From NCBI RefSeq assembly GCF_007748075.1, contig NZ_CP036280.1:2070001-2102000 (forward strand): a DNA stretch of 32,000 nt, in the 5' to 3' direction. Made by a program: the position numbers and the translations under genes. Numbering within the stretch: position 1 is the first letter of the stretch; each line of letters begins with the position of its first letter. The notes beneath the pieces were generated by a model. The model was not told the origin of the DNA. It worked only from the letters and a program-made list of their open reading frames with translations, and searched no databases. This DNA is from Mucisphaera calidilacus (GTDB lineage Bacteria; Planctomycetota; Phycisphaerae; Phycisphaerales; Phycisphaeraceae). This document shows, in pieces, positions 1-7,911 of this stretch.

Positions 1-518
1 GTTTGGGTGTTGAGGATCGTGCGGCGCTGCTGGGGTGGTTGCGTGCTCAGGAGGGGGAGCGGGCGATGCGAAGTGCGTTGCTGCTGGGGACGCTGAACGC
101 GTGGGGCGGCGGTCCGATGCTGGTGCCGCGTGATCTGCCTGAATCGCTTGATGGGTATGGGCAGCTGCTTCGTGCGTCGGATCAGGCGGAGGCGTTGCCT
201 CATGTCGCGGTGCAGTTTGCTCGTGCTGATTCTTCGGCGGCGGGGGCGTGTCTGCTGGTTTTGCTGGAGCGTGGTTATTTCTCGGAGGCGATGGGTTTGT
301 TGTTTCCGCTTGAGGGCGAGCCGGTGTTGGATGTTCGCGACTGGCTGGTCGAGGAGCGGGGTTGGCATCTGCTGGAGAAGCATCTGCCTGAGGGTTCGCC
401 TGGGTTCTGGTTGTATGGCGATGAGGCGGTTCAGGCGTTTCAGTTGCGTGTGCTGAAGCGGTGGTGGGGGCTGGCTGTGGAGCGTGGCGGGGTGGCCGAG
501 CGGGGCGTGATCCGCTAA
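1..518 (+). CDS. hypothetical protein, C-terminal fragment (5' end outside window)
   Basis: Frame 3 is open from the window edge to TAA at 516-518. Composition is protein-like (W/Y/F/E/L mix). No family recognised. Confidence 0.4.
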   Translation, partial: LGVEDRAALLGWLRAQEGERAMRSALLLGTLNAWGGGPMLVPRDLPESLDGYGQLLRASDQAEALPHVAVQFARADSSAAGACLLVLLERGYFSEAMGLLFPLEGEPVLDVRDWLVEERGWHLLEKHLPEGSPGFWLYGDEAVQAFQLRVLKRWWGLAVERGGVAERGVIR

Positions 519-559
519 GTTTTGCGTGACGAACATTTATATTTCAATGAAGGATCAGC

Positions 560-1165
560 ATGGAAAACCCCGCGCCCTCGGAACACCCGATGATTGATGT
601 CGCCAAGCGTCGCTGGAGCCCTTACGGCCTGGCGCCGAAGGTGATTCCGGCGCAGAAGATTCGTTCGCTGATGGAGGCGGCCCGCTGGGCGGCGTCGTCG
701 TTTAACGAGCAGCCCTGGCGTTTTATGCTGGCGCCGCGTTCGGACGAGGCGGCGTTTGAGAAGGCGCTGGGTTGTCTGGCGGAGGCGAATCAGGCTTGGG
801 CGAAGAACGCGGGGCTGTTGATTTTGACGGCGGTTCGTGAGTCGTTCACGAAGAATGACAAGCCGAACCGTGTGGCGGAGCATGACCTCGGGTTGGCGGT
901 GGGGAACCTGTCGTTGCAGGCTACGGCGATGGGCTTGTTCGTGCACCAGATGGCGGGCGTTGATCTGGACGCGGTGCGTGATGCTTATGGTGTGCCGGAG
1001 GGGTTCCGGGTGATGACGGCGATCGCGGTGGGACATGCGGCGAAGGCGGACGAGGTTCCGGCGGAGCTTCGGGCGCGTGACGAGGCGGAGCGTGTGCGCA
1101 ACGACTTCGACACGTTCGTGTTCGGGACGAGCTGGGGCGAGGCGTCGGCTGTGTTCAAGGATTGA
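560..1165 (+). CDS. nitroreductase family protein
   Basis: ATG is preceded by GAAGGA at about 5 nt. The product has nitroreductase hallmarks (RRWSPYG..., AARWAASSFNEQPWRF, EHDLGLAVGNLSLQATAMGL). Confidence 0.85.
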   Translation: MENPAPSEHPMIDVAKRRWSPYGLAPKVIPAQKIRSLMEAARWAASSFNEQPWRFMLAPRSDEAAFEKALGCLAEANQAWAKNAGLLILTAVRESFTKNDKPNRVAEHDLGLAVGNLSLQATAMGLFVHQMAGVDLDAVRDAYGVPEGFRVMTAIAVGHAAKADEVPAELRARDEAERVRNDFDTFVFGTSWGEASAVFKD

Positions 1166-1687
1166 TCAGGCGGAGACGGCCTGCTGCTCGGTGGGCTGCT
1201 GCACGGCCCAGGTGACGAAGGTCTTGGCCCAGTCGTGGACTTCGTCGCGGGTCATGCGGAAGGCGCCGAGTCGTCGTTCGTCGTCGCCCGGGACCATGTC
1301 GGGATCTCGGAAGGCGTGGTGGACTTTCCAGCGTGCGCCCGTGACGGCCGGGCTGTTGTCGCGGGTGTAGTCGTCGATGGTGATGACGAACTCGAAGTTG
1401 TCGGTGATGACGTCGTTGATGTCGGTGGGCTTCTGGGTGCTGATGTCCATGCCGACTTCGAACATGACTTCCACGGAGAGGGGGTGGAGGTCATCGGGCA
1501 TGATGCCGGCGGAGACGACTTCGAGTCGTGGTCCGGCGATGTGACGGATCCATGCGTCGAGCATCTGTGACCGGCAGCGGTTGTTGCGGGAGAGGATCAG
1601 GACGCGGCGCGGCTGGTTTCCGAGGCGCATGCGTTCGGTCTGAGGGTTGTGCGTGGGATACGGGTTGTTCGCTTCACCTGCCACCAT
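1166..1687 (-). CDS. LMW-PTP / ArsC-fold protein with degenerate active site
   Basis: The fold signature is alignable to ArsC/LMW-PTP (RVLILSRNNRCRSQM...VVSAG...DISTQKPTD...FVITI...FRDP), but the P-loop reads SRNNRCRS instead of CTGNSCRS. Start chosen at the ATG at 1687 (AGGTGA 6 nt upstream); the longest ORF extends to 1753. Confidence 0.7.
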   Translation of the reverse strand: MVAGEANNPYPTHNPQTERMRLGNQPRRVLILSRNNRCRSQMLDAWIRHIAGPRLEVVSAGIMPDDLHPLSVEVMFEVGMDISTQKPTDINDVITDNFEFVITIDDYTRDNSPAVTGARWKVHHAFRDPDMVPGDDERRLGAFRMTRDEVHDWAKTFVTWAVQQPTEQQAVSA

Positions 1688-1828
1688 GACTTCACCTAAT
1701 GAGGGTTCGTTTCTTCCATCCTTTAGTACGCACGGCGGGACAGAATCTTGCACGTGGAGGAATCTTTATCGGAAGAAGTGTGGTGTGGTTAAGCTAAAAG
1801 CCGTGTTCACAGCGTTATCGGGTTGGCT

Positions 1829-3910
1829 TCACGCTGAGTGGTCAAGGTGGGCAAGGAGCGATTTTCGGTGGATGGGGAGTGTGGGCAAGGCGGCGAGGAA
1901 GCGTTTTCCGTAGGACTTGGCGGTGATGCGGGGGTCGAGGACGACGACGCGGCCGGTGTCGTTTCGCGAGCGGATCAAACGACCAAAACCCTGTTTGAAC
2001 TTAAGAACGGCTTCTGGGAGGGCGTAGTGGGCGAAGGGGCTGTTGCCCTGGGCCTGGATGCGTTCGGTGCGTGCCTCGATGAGGGGTCGGTCGGGTGAGG
2101 CGAAGGGGAGGCGCATGATGATGACGTTGCGCAGCGATTCGCCTGGGACGTCGACGCCTTGCCAGAAGGTGTCGGTGCCGAGGAGGACGCTTCGGGAGTC
2201 GTGTCGGAATCTTGCGAGCAGTTCGTTGCGTTCGATGCCGTCGCCCTGGACGAGCCGTGGCATGGATCGTTCGGCGAGTGGTGTGGCGAGTCGTCGCGCG
2301 ATCTCGCGGAGGTCGCGGTAGCTGGTGAAGAGGAGGAAGGCTCCGCCCCGGGTTTCGTCGATCTGCTGGAGTGCGGCCTCGATGGCGTTGTCGAGGTAGC
2401 GTGGGTCGCGGGGGTCGGGCATGTCGGTGTAGATGAGGAGTTGTGCCTGCTGCTGGTAGTCGAAGGGGGAGTCGAGTCGTCGGGTGCGGGCGTGCGTGGC
2501 GCCGATGCGTGAGCGGATGTGGGCGAAGGCCTTGTCGTCGTCGGTGAGTGCGTCGCCCCCCTGCTCGGCGAGTGTGGCCGAGGTGAGGATGACGGGGAGG
2601 GGTCGTCCCTCGCTGTCGGTAGCGCCGAAGAGCTGGCGTTCGAGGGTGGAAGCGACCTCGACGGGTGCGGCGCGGAGGCGGACCCGCGGGGTGCGTGCGG
2701 TGGGGTTGACTTCGATCCAGTAGACGGCGTCGGTGAGTTCCTGTTTGTTCCAGGTTGTGACGGCGTGGGTGAGTTGCTCGGCGCGGTCGGCGTAGCTGGC
2801 GAGTTCGAGTCGGTCTTCCTCGTTATCGATGGAGTCGCGGACGCGTCGGAGGAGCGAGGCGAGTTGGGCGAGGGGTTCGGAGAGGGGGTCGTTGATCAGC
2901 TCGGGATCGCGGATGCGGCCGTTGGTGTTGGGGTGGTCACGGTGGTACTCGATCCATGCGTTGAAGTAGGCGTCGGCGGCGAGTCGGACGTGTTCGGTCT
3001 GCCGGATGGCTCGTTCGAGGAGGTCGGTGTCGGCGACGCCGTTCTGCGCAACGAGGATCCCGCGTTGTCGTGCGGGGTAGAAGAGTCGGCTGAGGAGGCG
3101 TGTGACCTGTGCCCGGGAGAGTGCGAGTCCGAAGTGTTCGGCGGCGACGTCTTCGATGTTGTGGGCTTCGTCGAGGACGACGGCGTCGTAGGGCGGGAGG
3201 ATGCCGACGCCTTGCTCGCGGAGTGCGAGGTCTGCGAAGAAGAGGGCGTGATTGACGACGAGGACGTCGGCGTGTGCCATGCGTCGTCGTGCGTTCTGGT
3301 AGAAGCAGTCCTGGTGTGTGGGGCATCGTCGGCCGAGGCAGTCTTCGGCGTCGGACTGGACGTCCTGCCAGACCTGGGGAGCGGGGAGTTGGGGGAGCGT
3401 GGTGAGGGTTCCGTCTTCGCTGTCGTGGGACCACTCGCGGATGATTTCGAGGGACTGGATGCTGCGGTCGTCGTCGAAGAGTTGTCCCTGTCGGTGGTGG
3501 GCGCGGTGGAGTCGTCGGAGGGAGAGGTAGTTGCCGCGGCCCTTGACGAGGACGGCGGAGAACTCGTCGGCGATGCCGGGGAGGACGGACTGGAGCAAGG
3601 GGATGTCCTTGCTGATGAGTTGTTCCTGGAGGGCGATGGTGTGTGTGGCGATGACGACTTTTTTTCGTGCGTCGGTGGCGTAGGCCTGGTCGTCGGTGTG
3701 GCCGAGCGCGTGGAGGACCATGGGGAGGAGGTAGGCGAAGGATTTTCCGACGCCTGTGCCGGCCTCGACGAGGAGGGAGTTTCGGTCGCGCAGGGCCTCG
3801 TAGACGCCTTGGGTCATGTCGGCCTGCTGGGGCCGGTGCTCGTAGGCGTCGCCTAGTTTTCGTGCGATGGGGCCGTCGGGGCCGAGGAGGGTGACGGGGT
3901 CGAGGGGCAT
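1829..3910 (-). CDS. dinG: ATP-dependent DNA helicase, DinG/XPD (Rad3-related) family
   Basis: Walker A is EAGTGVGKSFAYLLP and the DEAH box is VLDEAHNIED. There is a C-X4-C-X5-C insertion between motifs I and II. The C-terminal helicase motifs TDTFWQGVDVPG and QGFGRLIRS are present. Confidence 0.85.
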   Translation of the reverse strand: MPLDPVTLLGPDGPIARKLGDAYEHRPQQADMTQGVYEALRDRNSLLVEAGTGVGKSFAYLLPMVLHALGHTDDQAYATDARKKVVIATHTIALQEQLISKDIPLLQSVLPGIADEFSAVLVKGRGNYLSLRRLHRAHHRQGQLFDDDRSIQSLEIIREWSHDSEDGTLTTLPQLPAPQVWQDVQSDAEDCLGRRCPTHQDCFYQNARRRMAHADVLVVNHALFFADLALREQGVGILPPYDAVVLDEAHNIEDVAAEHFGLALSRAQVTRLLSRLFYPARQRGILVAQNGVADTDLLERAIRQTEHVRLAADAYFNAWIEYHRDHPNTNGRIRDPELINDPLSEPLAQLASLLRRVRDSIDNEEDRLELASYADRAEQLTHAVTTWNKQELTDAVYWIEVNPTARTPRVRLRAAPVEVASTLERQLFGATDSEGRPLPVILTSATLAEQGGDALTDDDKAFAHIRSRIGATHARTRRLDSPFDYQQQAQLLIYTDMPDPRDPRYLDNAIEAALQQIDETRGGAFLLFTSYRDLREIARRLATPLAERSMPRLVQGDGIERNELLARFRHDSRSVLLGTDTFWQGVDVPGESLRNVIIMRLPFASPDRPLIEARTERIQAQGNSPFAHYALPEAVLKFKQGFGRLIRSRNDTGRVVVLDPRITAKSYGKRFLAALPTLPIHRKSLLAHLDHSA

Positions 3911-3949
3911 GGGCTGATTGTAGGGGAGGTGGCTCGGCGCGGGGTGTGT

Positions 3950-4381
3950 TCAGGCGGTGTGTTGGGGGTTGTTGTAGCGTTCGACGACGGATCGTCTTGT
4001 GAGGACGATGAGGGTGAAGACGCCAAGGATCGTGCCGAGGGGGATGAAGAGGCAGCTGACGCAGGCGATGATGATGCTGAAGGTGCGTGCTCGGAAGGCG
4101 CGCATGGATCGGCCGGAGAGGATGGTGAGGATGCCGATGGTCCAGCCGGATATGAGCGGTATGGACCCCAGCAGGAGGACGATGAGGCCGAGGATGGGCG
4201 CGGGCATGGGCAGGTCATCGATGGCGACTGGGGCGAGTATGAGCGTCAGCCCCATGATGATGTAGAAAAGGAAGACGCTGGCAAAGAGGCAGCAGAGACC
4301 GCCGACGATGTAGTGGAAGATGCTGAGGAGTTTGATGTGTTCGACGTCACGGTCGTAGTCAGATTCGTGATTCCCGGACAT
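3950..4381 (-). CDS. small integral membrane protein (about 4 TM segments), unknown function
   Basis: Four long hydrophobic stretches. The ATG at 4381 has GAAGGGG about 8 nt upstream. The alternative ATG at 4408 lies inside the U-tail of the upstream terminator, so 4381 is preferred. Only 39 nt separate its stop from the dinG start. Confidence 0.6.
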   Translation of the reverse strand: MSGNHESDYDRDVEHIKLLSIFHYIVGGLCCLFASVFLFYIIMGLTLILAPVAIDDLPMPAPILGLIVLLLGSIPLISGWTIGILTILSGRSMRAFRARTFSIIIACVSCLFIPLGTILGVFTLIVLTRRSVVERYNNPQHTA

Positions 4382-4404
4382 GGTGCGTTCCCCTTCGTGT
4401 GATG

Positions 4405-4440
4405 CCAAAGAAAACCCCGCGAGACGGGTGTCTCACGGGG
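4405..4440 (-). terminator. intrinsic terminator of the orphan gene 4470..4868
   Basis: On the minus strand an 11-bp stem (4440-4430 / 4425-4415, one mismatch, 4-nt loop) is followed by UUUUCUUUG. Confidence 0.6.
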
Positions 4441-4469
4441 TGAAGGGTAGCAGAAAGATCTGGAATCGA

Positions 4470-4868
4470 TCAGGTCAGTGTGAGCGAATCGAGCATGCTG
4501 CCGATGTCTTTGTCCTCGAGGCAGCGTTCAACCAGACGGCATTCGTAAGTGACCTTGAGCATCAGGGTGCTGGCTCTGAGGAAGACCTCACGGAGGTACT
4601 GATTGTCCTCCTCGATGCAGAACTGGAATCCTTTGAATTGTCCGTGGCGGACGCGTTGTGCGGCATCGATGTCGAAACCCTGCTGATAGGCGGTGTACAT
4701 CAGATCGAAATCGAGTGTGGGCGTTGTTCGTGTGGTGGTGTTGATGCCGAGTCTGCCGTAGCCGTCGGGGCGATAGACTTCGATGCCATGCGTCTCGGCT
4801 TTGCAGTGCCATTCAGCCAGGACGTTCATGCCCCAGTCCATGCGTGCGACCTGCATCATTGTCATCAT
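4470..4868 (-). CDS. hypothetical protein (about 129-132 aa), lower-GC orphan
   Basis: Balanced amino-acid composition (W, Y, K, N, Q, C), unlike the antisense ORF. GAGG abuts the first ATG, so the true start may be the 4th ATG at 4859. It has its own terminator. No family recognised. Confidence 0.5.
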   Translation of the reverse strand: MMTMMQVARMDWGMNVLAEWHCKAETHGIEVYRPDGYGRLGINTTTRTTPTLDFDLMYTAYQQGFDIDAAQRVRHGQFKGFQFCIEEDNQYLREVFLRASTLMLKVTYECRLVERCLEDKDIGSMLDSLTLT

Positions 4869-5144
4869 CCTCGGGTGGCTGTGTTATGCCTTGTTCAACA
4901 GGTCCGGGCTAGTCTGATCTGTGCCGTACTGAGCCACACTGTGACCATTCTGTTCTTCGACGCAAGCTATGAACATCTTGAGGGTGAGGGCACATTGCGT
5001 ATGAGAACCATCATCTTTCTTGTTGAGTGCGCTGCTTGTTATATGATGCTAGCCTGAAGATTCTGCTGGATTCACTGGTTGATCCTTTCTGATTCACGCC
5101 GAGGCAATGGAGGCTTTGCATCTCTGTGCCGGGTCGATCCGGGC

Positions 5145-5177
5145 ATGAAAGAACCCCGTGAGGTAGCTCACGGGGTT
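5145..5177 (-). terminator. intrinsic terminator after rplL
   Basis: Perfect 11-bp stem (5177-5167 / 5162-5152, loop CUAC) running into UUCUUUC on the minus strand, 34 nt after the rplL stop. Confidence 0.6.
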
Positions 5178-5210
5178 CCTGAGGGACTTGTTGCGGGCCT
5201 GTGGGTGGTC

Positions 5211-5633
5211 TTACTTGACCTCGACCTCGGCGCCGGCTTCCTTGAGCTTCTCGGCGAGTGCGTCGGCCTCTTCCTTGGGGATGTTCTCCTTGACGGGCTT
5301 GGGAGCGCCGTCGACGAGTTCCTTGGCTTCCTTGAGACCGAGGCCGGTGGCTTCGCGGACGGCCTTGATGACCTGGATCTTCTTGTCGCCGGGGCCGGCG
5401 AGAACGACGGTGAACTCGGTCTGCTCTTCGGCTTCGGCTGCGCCGGCGTCACCGCCTGCGGGTCCGGCAGCCATCATGACGGCGCCGCCGCCGGCGGGCT
5501 CGATGTCGTAGGCTTCCTTGAGGTAATCGGCGACGTCGACGGCCTGCTTGAGGGTGAGGGAAGCGAGCTTGTCGCCGATTTCCTTGATCTCGGCGTCGAA
5601 CTCTTTGGTTGCTGCTGCTGCTTCTTCGGACAT
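5211..5633 (-). CDS. rplL: 50S ribosomal protein L7/L12
   Basis: Canonical L7/L12 sequence: N-terminal dimerisation helix, Ala/Gly hinge, and a C-terminal domain ending [32 protein letters not shown]...AGAEVEVK. Confidence 0.97.
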   Translation of the reverse strand: MSEEAAAATKEFDAEIKEIGDKLASLTLKQAVDVADYLKEAYDIEPAGGGAVMMAAGPAGGDAGAAEAEEQTEFTVVLAGPGDKKIQVIKAVREATGLGLKEAKELVDGAPKPVKENIPKEEADALAEKLKEAGAEVEVK

Positions 5634-5764
5634 GGTTGAGGCTCCAGAGTTTTGCCTTCCGAGAGGGGATCGACCATCGATCGTTTAACCCCGAGGGGCC
5701 AGTCGGAAGTGCGGTTTGGCTTGGTTGTCGCCGGTGGTTTTGCGGCGTGTTGTTCTTTCGTGGA

Positions 5765-6313
5765 TCAGGAGGCGACCTTTTCGACCTCGCCGCCCTTCTC
5801 TTCGACGGCCTTGATGAGTCCGGCGAGTGTGGAGAAGGGTCCCTTGAGCGCGCCGCTGAGCTTGCTGGCGGGTCCGAGGATGGCACCGACGAGTTTGGCG
5901 ATGGCTTCTTCGCGGGTGGGGTACTTGGAGAGTTCCTTGACGCCGTCTTCTTCGGCGAAGACGTATCCCTCCATGACGGCACCCTTGAAGACGATGCAAG
6001 GCATTTTCTTGGCTTCGTCGACGAGTGATCGTGCGATGTTGATGATGCTCTGCTCGCCGTCGACGGAGTAGACGAAGGCACAGGCCCCGGTCAGGAGGTT
6101 GCCGACGGGCTCGAGTTCGGTGCCCTCGATGGCCTTGCGGGCGATGGTGTTCTTGACGACGGTGACCTTCATACCCTTGTCAGCGAGCGCCTTGCGCATC
6201 GCGATGTTGTCGGAGGCCTTGATGCCTCGGATATCGACGATGACGAGGCCGTCGCGGTCGGTAAATTGTGACTTGTAGGACTGGTTGATCAGTTCTTTGA
6301 CCGGCTTGCTCAT
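5765..6313 (-). CDS. rplJ: 50S ribosomal protein L10
   Basis: L10-like sequence (DGLVIVDIRGIKASD...MRKALADKGMKVTVVKNT), positioned between rplA and rplL. Confidence 0.95.
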   Translation of the reverse strand: MSKPVKELINQSYKSQFTDRDGLVIVDIRGIKASDNIAMRKALADKGMKVTVVKNTIARKAIEGTELEPVGNLLTGACAFVYSVDGEQSIINIARSLVDEAKKMPCIVFKGAVMEGYVFAEEDGVKELSKYPTREEAIAKLVGAILGPASKLSGALKGPFSTLAGLIKAVEEKGGEVEKVAS

Positions 6314-6343
6314 GGCGTTTCCTCTGGCTGTTGCCGGTTAGGG

Positions 6344-7024
6344 TTATTCGTGCTCGATGATGACGCTGGGGGTCATCGTGGCGGTGAGTGCGATCTGCTT
6401 GACGAAGACGCCCTTGGTGGCGGAGGGCTTCATTTTCTCGATGGTGGCTATGAAGTGCTGTGCGTTGTCGACGAGTTTGCCGGGCTCGAAGCTGTGCTTG
6501 CCGATGATGGCGTGGACGTTTCCGCCTGAGTCGTTTCGGAACTCGACCTTGCCGGCGGCGAAGTCCTTGACGCCTTCGACGACCTTGGGCGTGACGGTGT
6601 CGTTCTTGGGCGAGGGCATGAGTCCCTTGGGTCCGAGCTGTCGTCCGAGTCGAGCGACGACGCGCATCATGTCGGGCGAGGCGATGGCGACGTCGAAGTC
6701 GAGCCAGCCGTCCTCGATTTTCTTGACGAGTGCTTCGGCGCCGGCCTCGATGGCTCCGGCTGCCTTGGCATCCTCGACGAGTTCGTCGGAGCAGAAGGCG
6801 ATGACGCGTTTGCTGGCTCCGATGCCGTGGGGCAGTGAGACGGAGCCGCGGATGAGCTGGTCGGCCTGTTTGGGGTCGATGCCGAGGTGCATGACGATTT
6901 CGACGGACTGGTCGAACTTGGTCTGCTTGAACGACTTGACGCGGTTGACGGCTTCGACGAGTGAGACGGGCGTTTTGCTGGCCTTTTCGAGGTCAGCGCG
7001 GTAGCGCTTGCCTTGTCGCGGCAT
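6344..7024 (-). CDS. rplA: 50S ribosomal protein L1
   Basis: Canonical L1 sequence (KRYRADLEK..., FDQSVEIVMHLGIDPKQADQLIRGSVSLPHG, ASPDMMRVVARLGRQLGPKGLMP). Confidence 0.97.
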   Translation of the reverse strand: MPRQGKRYRADLEKASKTPVSLVEAVNRVKSFKQTKFDQSVEIVMHLGIDPKQADQLIRGSVSLPHGIGASKRVIAFCSDELVEDAKAAGAIEAGAEALVKKIEDGWLDFDVAIASPDMMRVVARLGRQLGPKGLMPSPKNDTVTPKVVEGVKDFAAGKVEFRNDSGGNVHAIIGKHSFEPGKLVDNAQHFIATIEKMKPSATKGVFVKQIALTATMTPSVIIEHE

Positions 7025-7162
7025 GGCGAGTTCCTTTCGATGGCCGGTCTGATCCGGCGATCTCCCACGGATTAGAGCGATTCGGCTCGTGCCGGTCGCG
7101 GGCTCGTGGTGGGCCGCTTCGGTCGGCCGCGAGGCGGCCTATGTCTTGTTTGCGGCTGTGGG

Positions 7163-7603
7163 TCAGCCGGCGGGGATTTCTTCGGTCTCGACGCCCATGG
7201 ATCGTGCGGTCCCTGCGATGGTCCGCATGATGGCTTCCTGGGAGTGTCCGGTCATCTCGGCGCCTTTTTCTTCGGCGATGGCCTTGAGGTGGTCGAGTGT
7301 GAGCTTGCCGACCTTCTTGGTGTGGGGTTCGCCTGAGCCCTTGTCGATGCTGAGGGCGGACTTGATGAGTTCGGGCATGGGTGGTGCCTTGATTTCGAAC
7401 TCGAAGGATCGGTCGCTGAAGACGGTGATGACGCATCCGACGACCTTGCCGGCCATGGGTGCGGTTCGCTCGTTGAACTGCTGGATGAACTGGCCGGGGT
7501 TGACGCCATGCTGTCCCAGCGCGGGGCCGAGGGGCGGCGCGGGGGTGGCGGAACCGGCGGGAGCCTGGATCTTGAAGACGGATTCGACGGATTTTTTGGC
7601 CAT
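7163..7603 (-). CDS. rplK: 50S ribosomal protein L11
   Basis: Canonical L11 sequence (FKIQAPAGSATPAPPLGPALGQHGVNPGQFIQQFNERT). Confidence 0.97.
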   Translation of the reverse strand: MAKKSVESVFKIQAPAGSATPAPPLGPALGQHGVNPGQFIQQFNERTAPMAGKVVGCVITVFSDRSFEFEIKAPPMPELIKSALSIDKGSGEPHTKKVGKLTLDHLKAIAEEKGAEMTGHSQEAIMRTIAGTARSMGVETEEIPAG

Positions 7604-7753
7604 GTGCCGGTATCCTCGGATTCGATCGGTGTTCGATCGCGGTTCGGTTCTCGCAGCAGCGAGCCGAGTAAAATAGCGTGGAATGGTGCGGGATGCAAGC
7701 GGTGAATGCGTGGGAGGGTCGAGCCGATAGGTGAGTTCGGTGCCGGGTCGTGA

Positions 7754-7781
7754 TTGACTTTGCGGCGCGGGTCACTAAATT
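7754..7781 (+). promoter_or_regulatory. candidate sigma70-type promoter for tRNA-Phe
   Basis: TTGACT (7754-7759), a 16-nt spacer, then TAAATT (7776-7781), about 30 nt upstream of the tRNA 5' end. Confidence 0.35.
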
Positions 7782-7810
7782 GGTTCCTCGCCCCTGTTTG
7801 GGGACGATTC

Positions 7811-7883
7811 GGCCAGATAGCTCAGTTGGTAGAGCACGGCATTGAAAATGCCGGTGTCCCCGGTTCAAGTCCGGGTCTGGCCA
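7811..7883 (+). tRNA. tRNA-Phe (anticodon GAA)
   Basis: Hand-folded cloverleaf: acceptor GGCCAGA/TCTGGCC, D arm GCTC-AGTTGGTA-GAGC, anticodon arm CGGCA-TTGAAAA-TGCCG, T arm CCCGG-TTCAAGT-CCGGG, discriminator A. 73 nt; no encoded CCA. Confidence 0.95.
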
Positions 7884-7911
7884 TTACTTATATCAAATCA
7901 GGGGATGAGCT

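Noticed and set aside
2519-3856. 445-aa ORF on the + strand, antisense to dinG
   Set aside because: The G/V/D/E/A-dominated, low-complexity translation is typical of the antisense frame of a GC-rich gene. The opposite strand encodes a helicase with all motifs.
4380-5057. 225-aa + strand ORF overlapping the orphan gene region
   Set aside because: It runs through the terminator hairpin at 4415-4440 and has an antisense-like composition. Both flanking terminators have U-tails on the minus strand, which supports the 4470..4868 minus-strand ORF.
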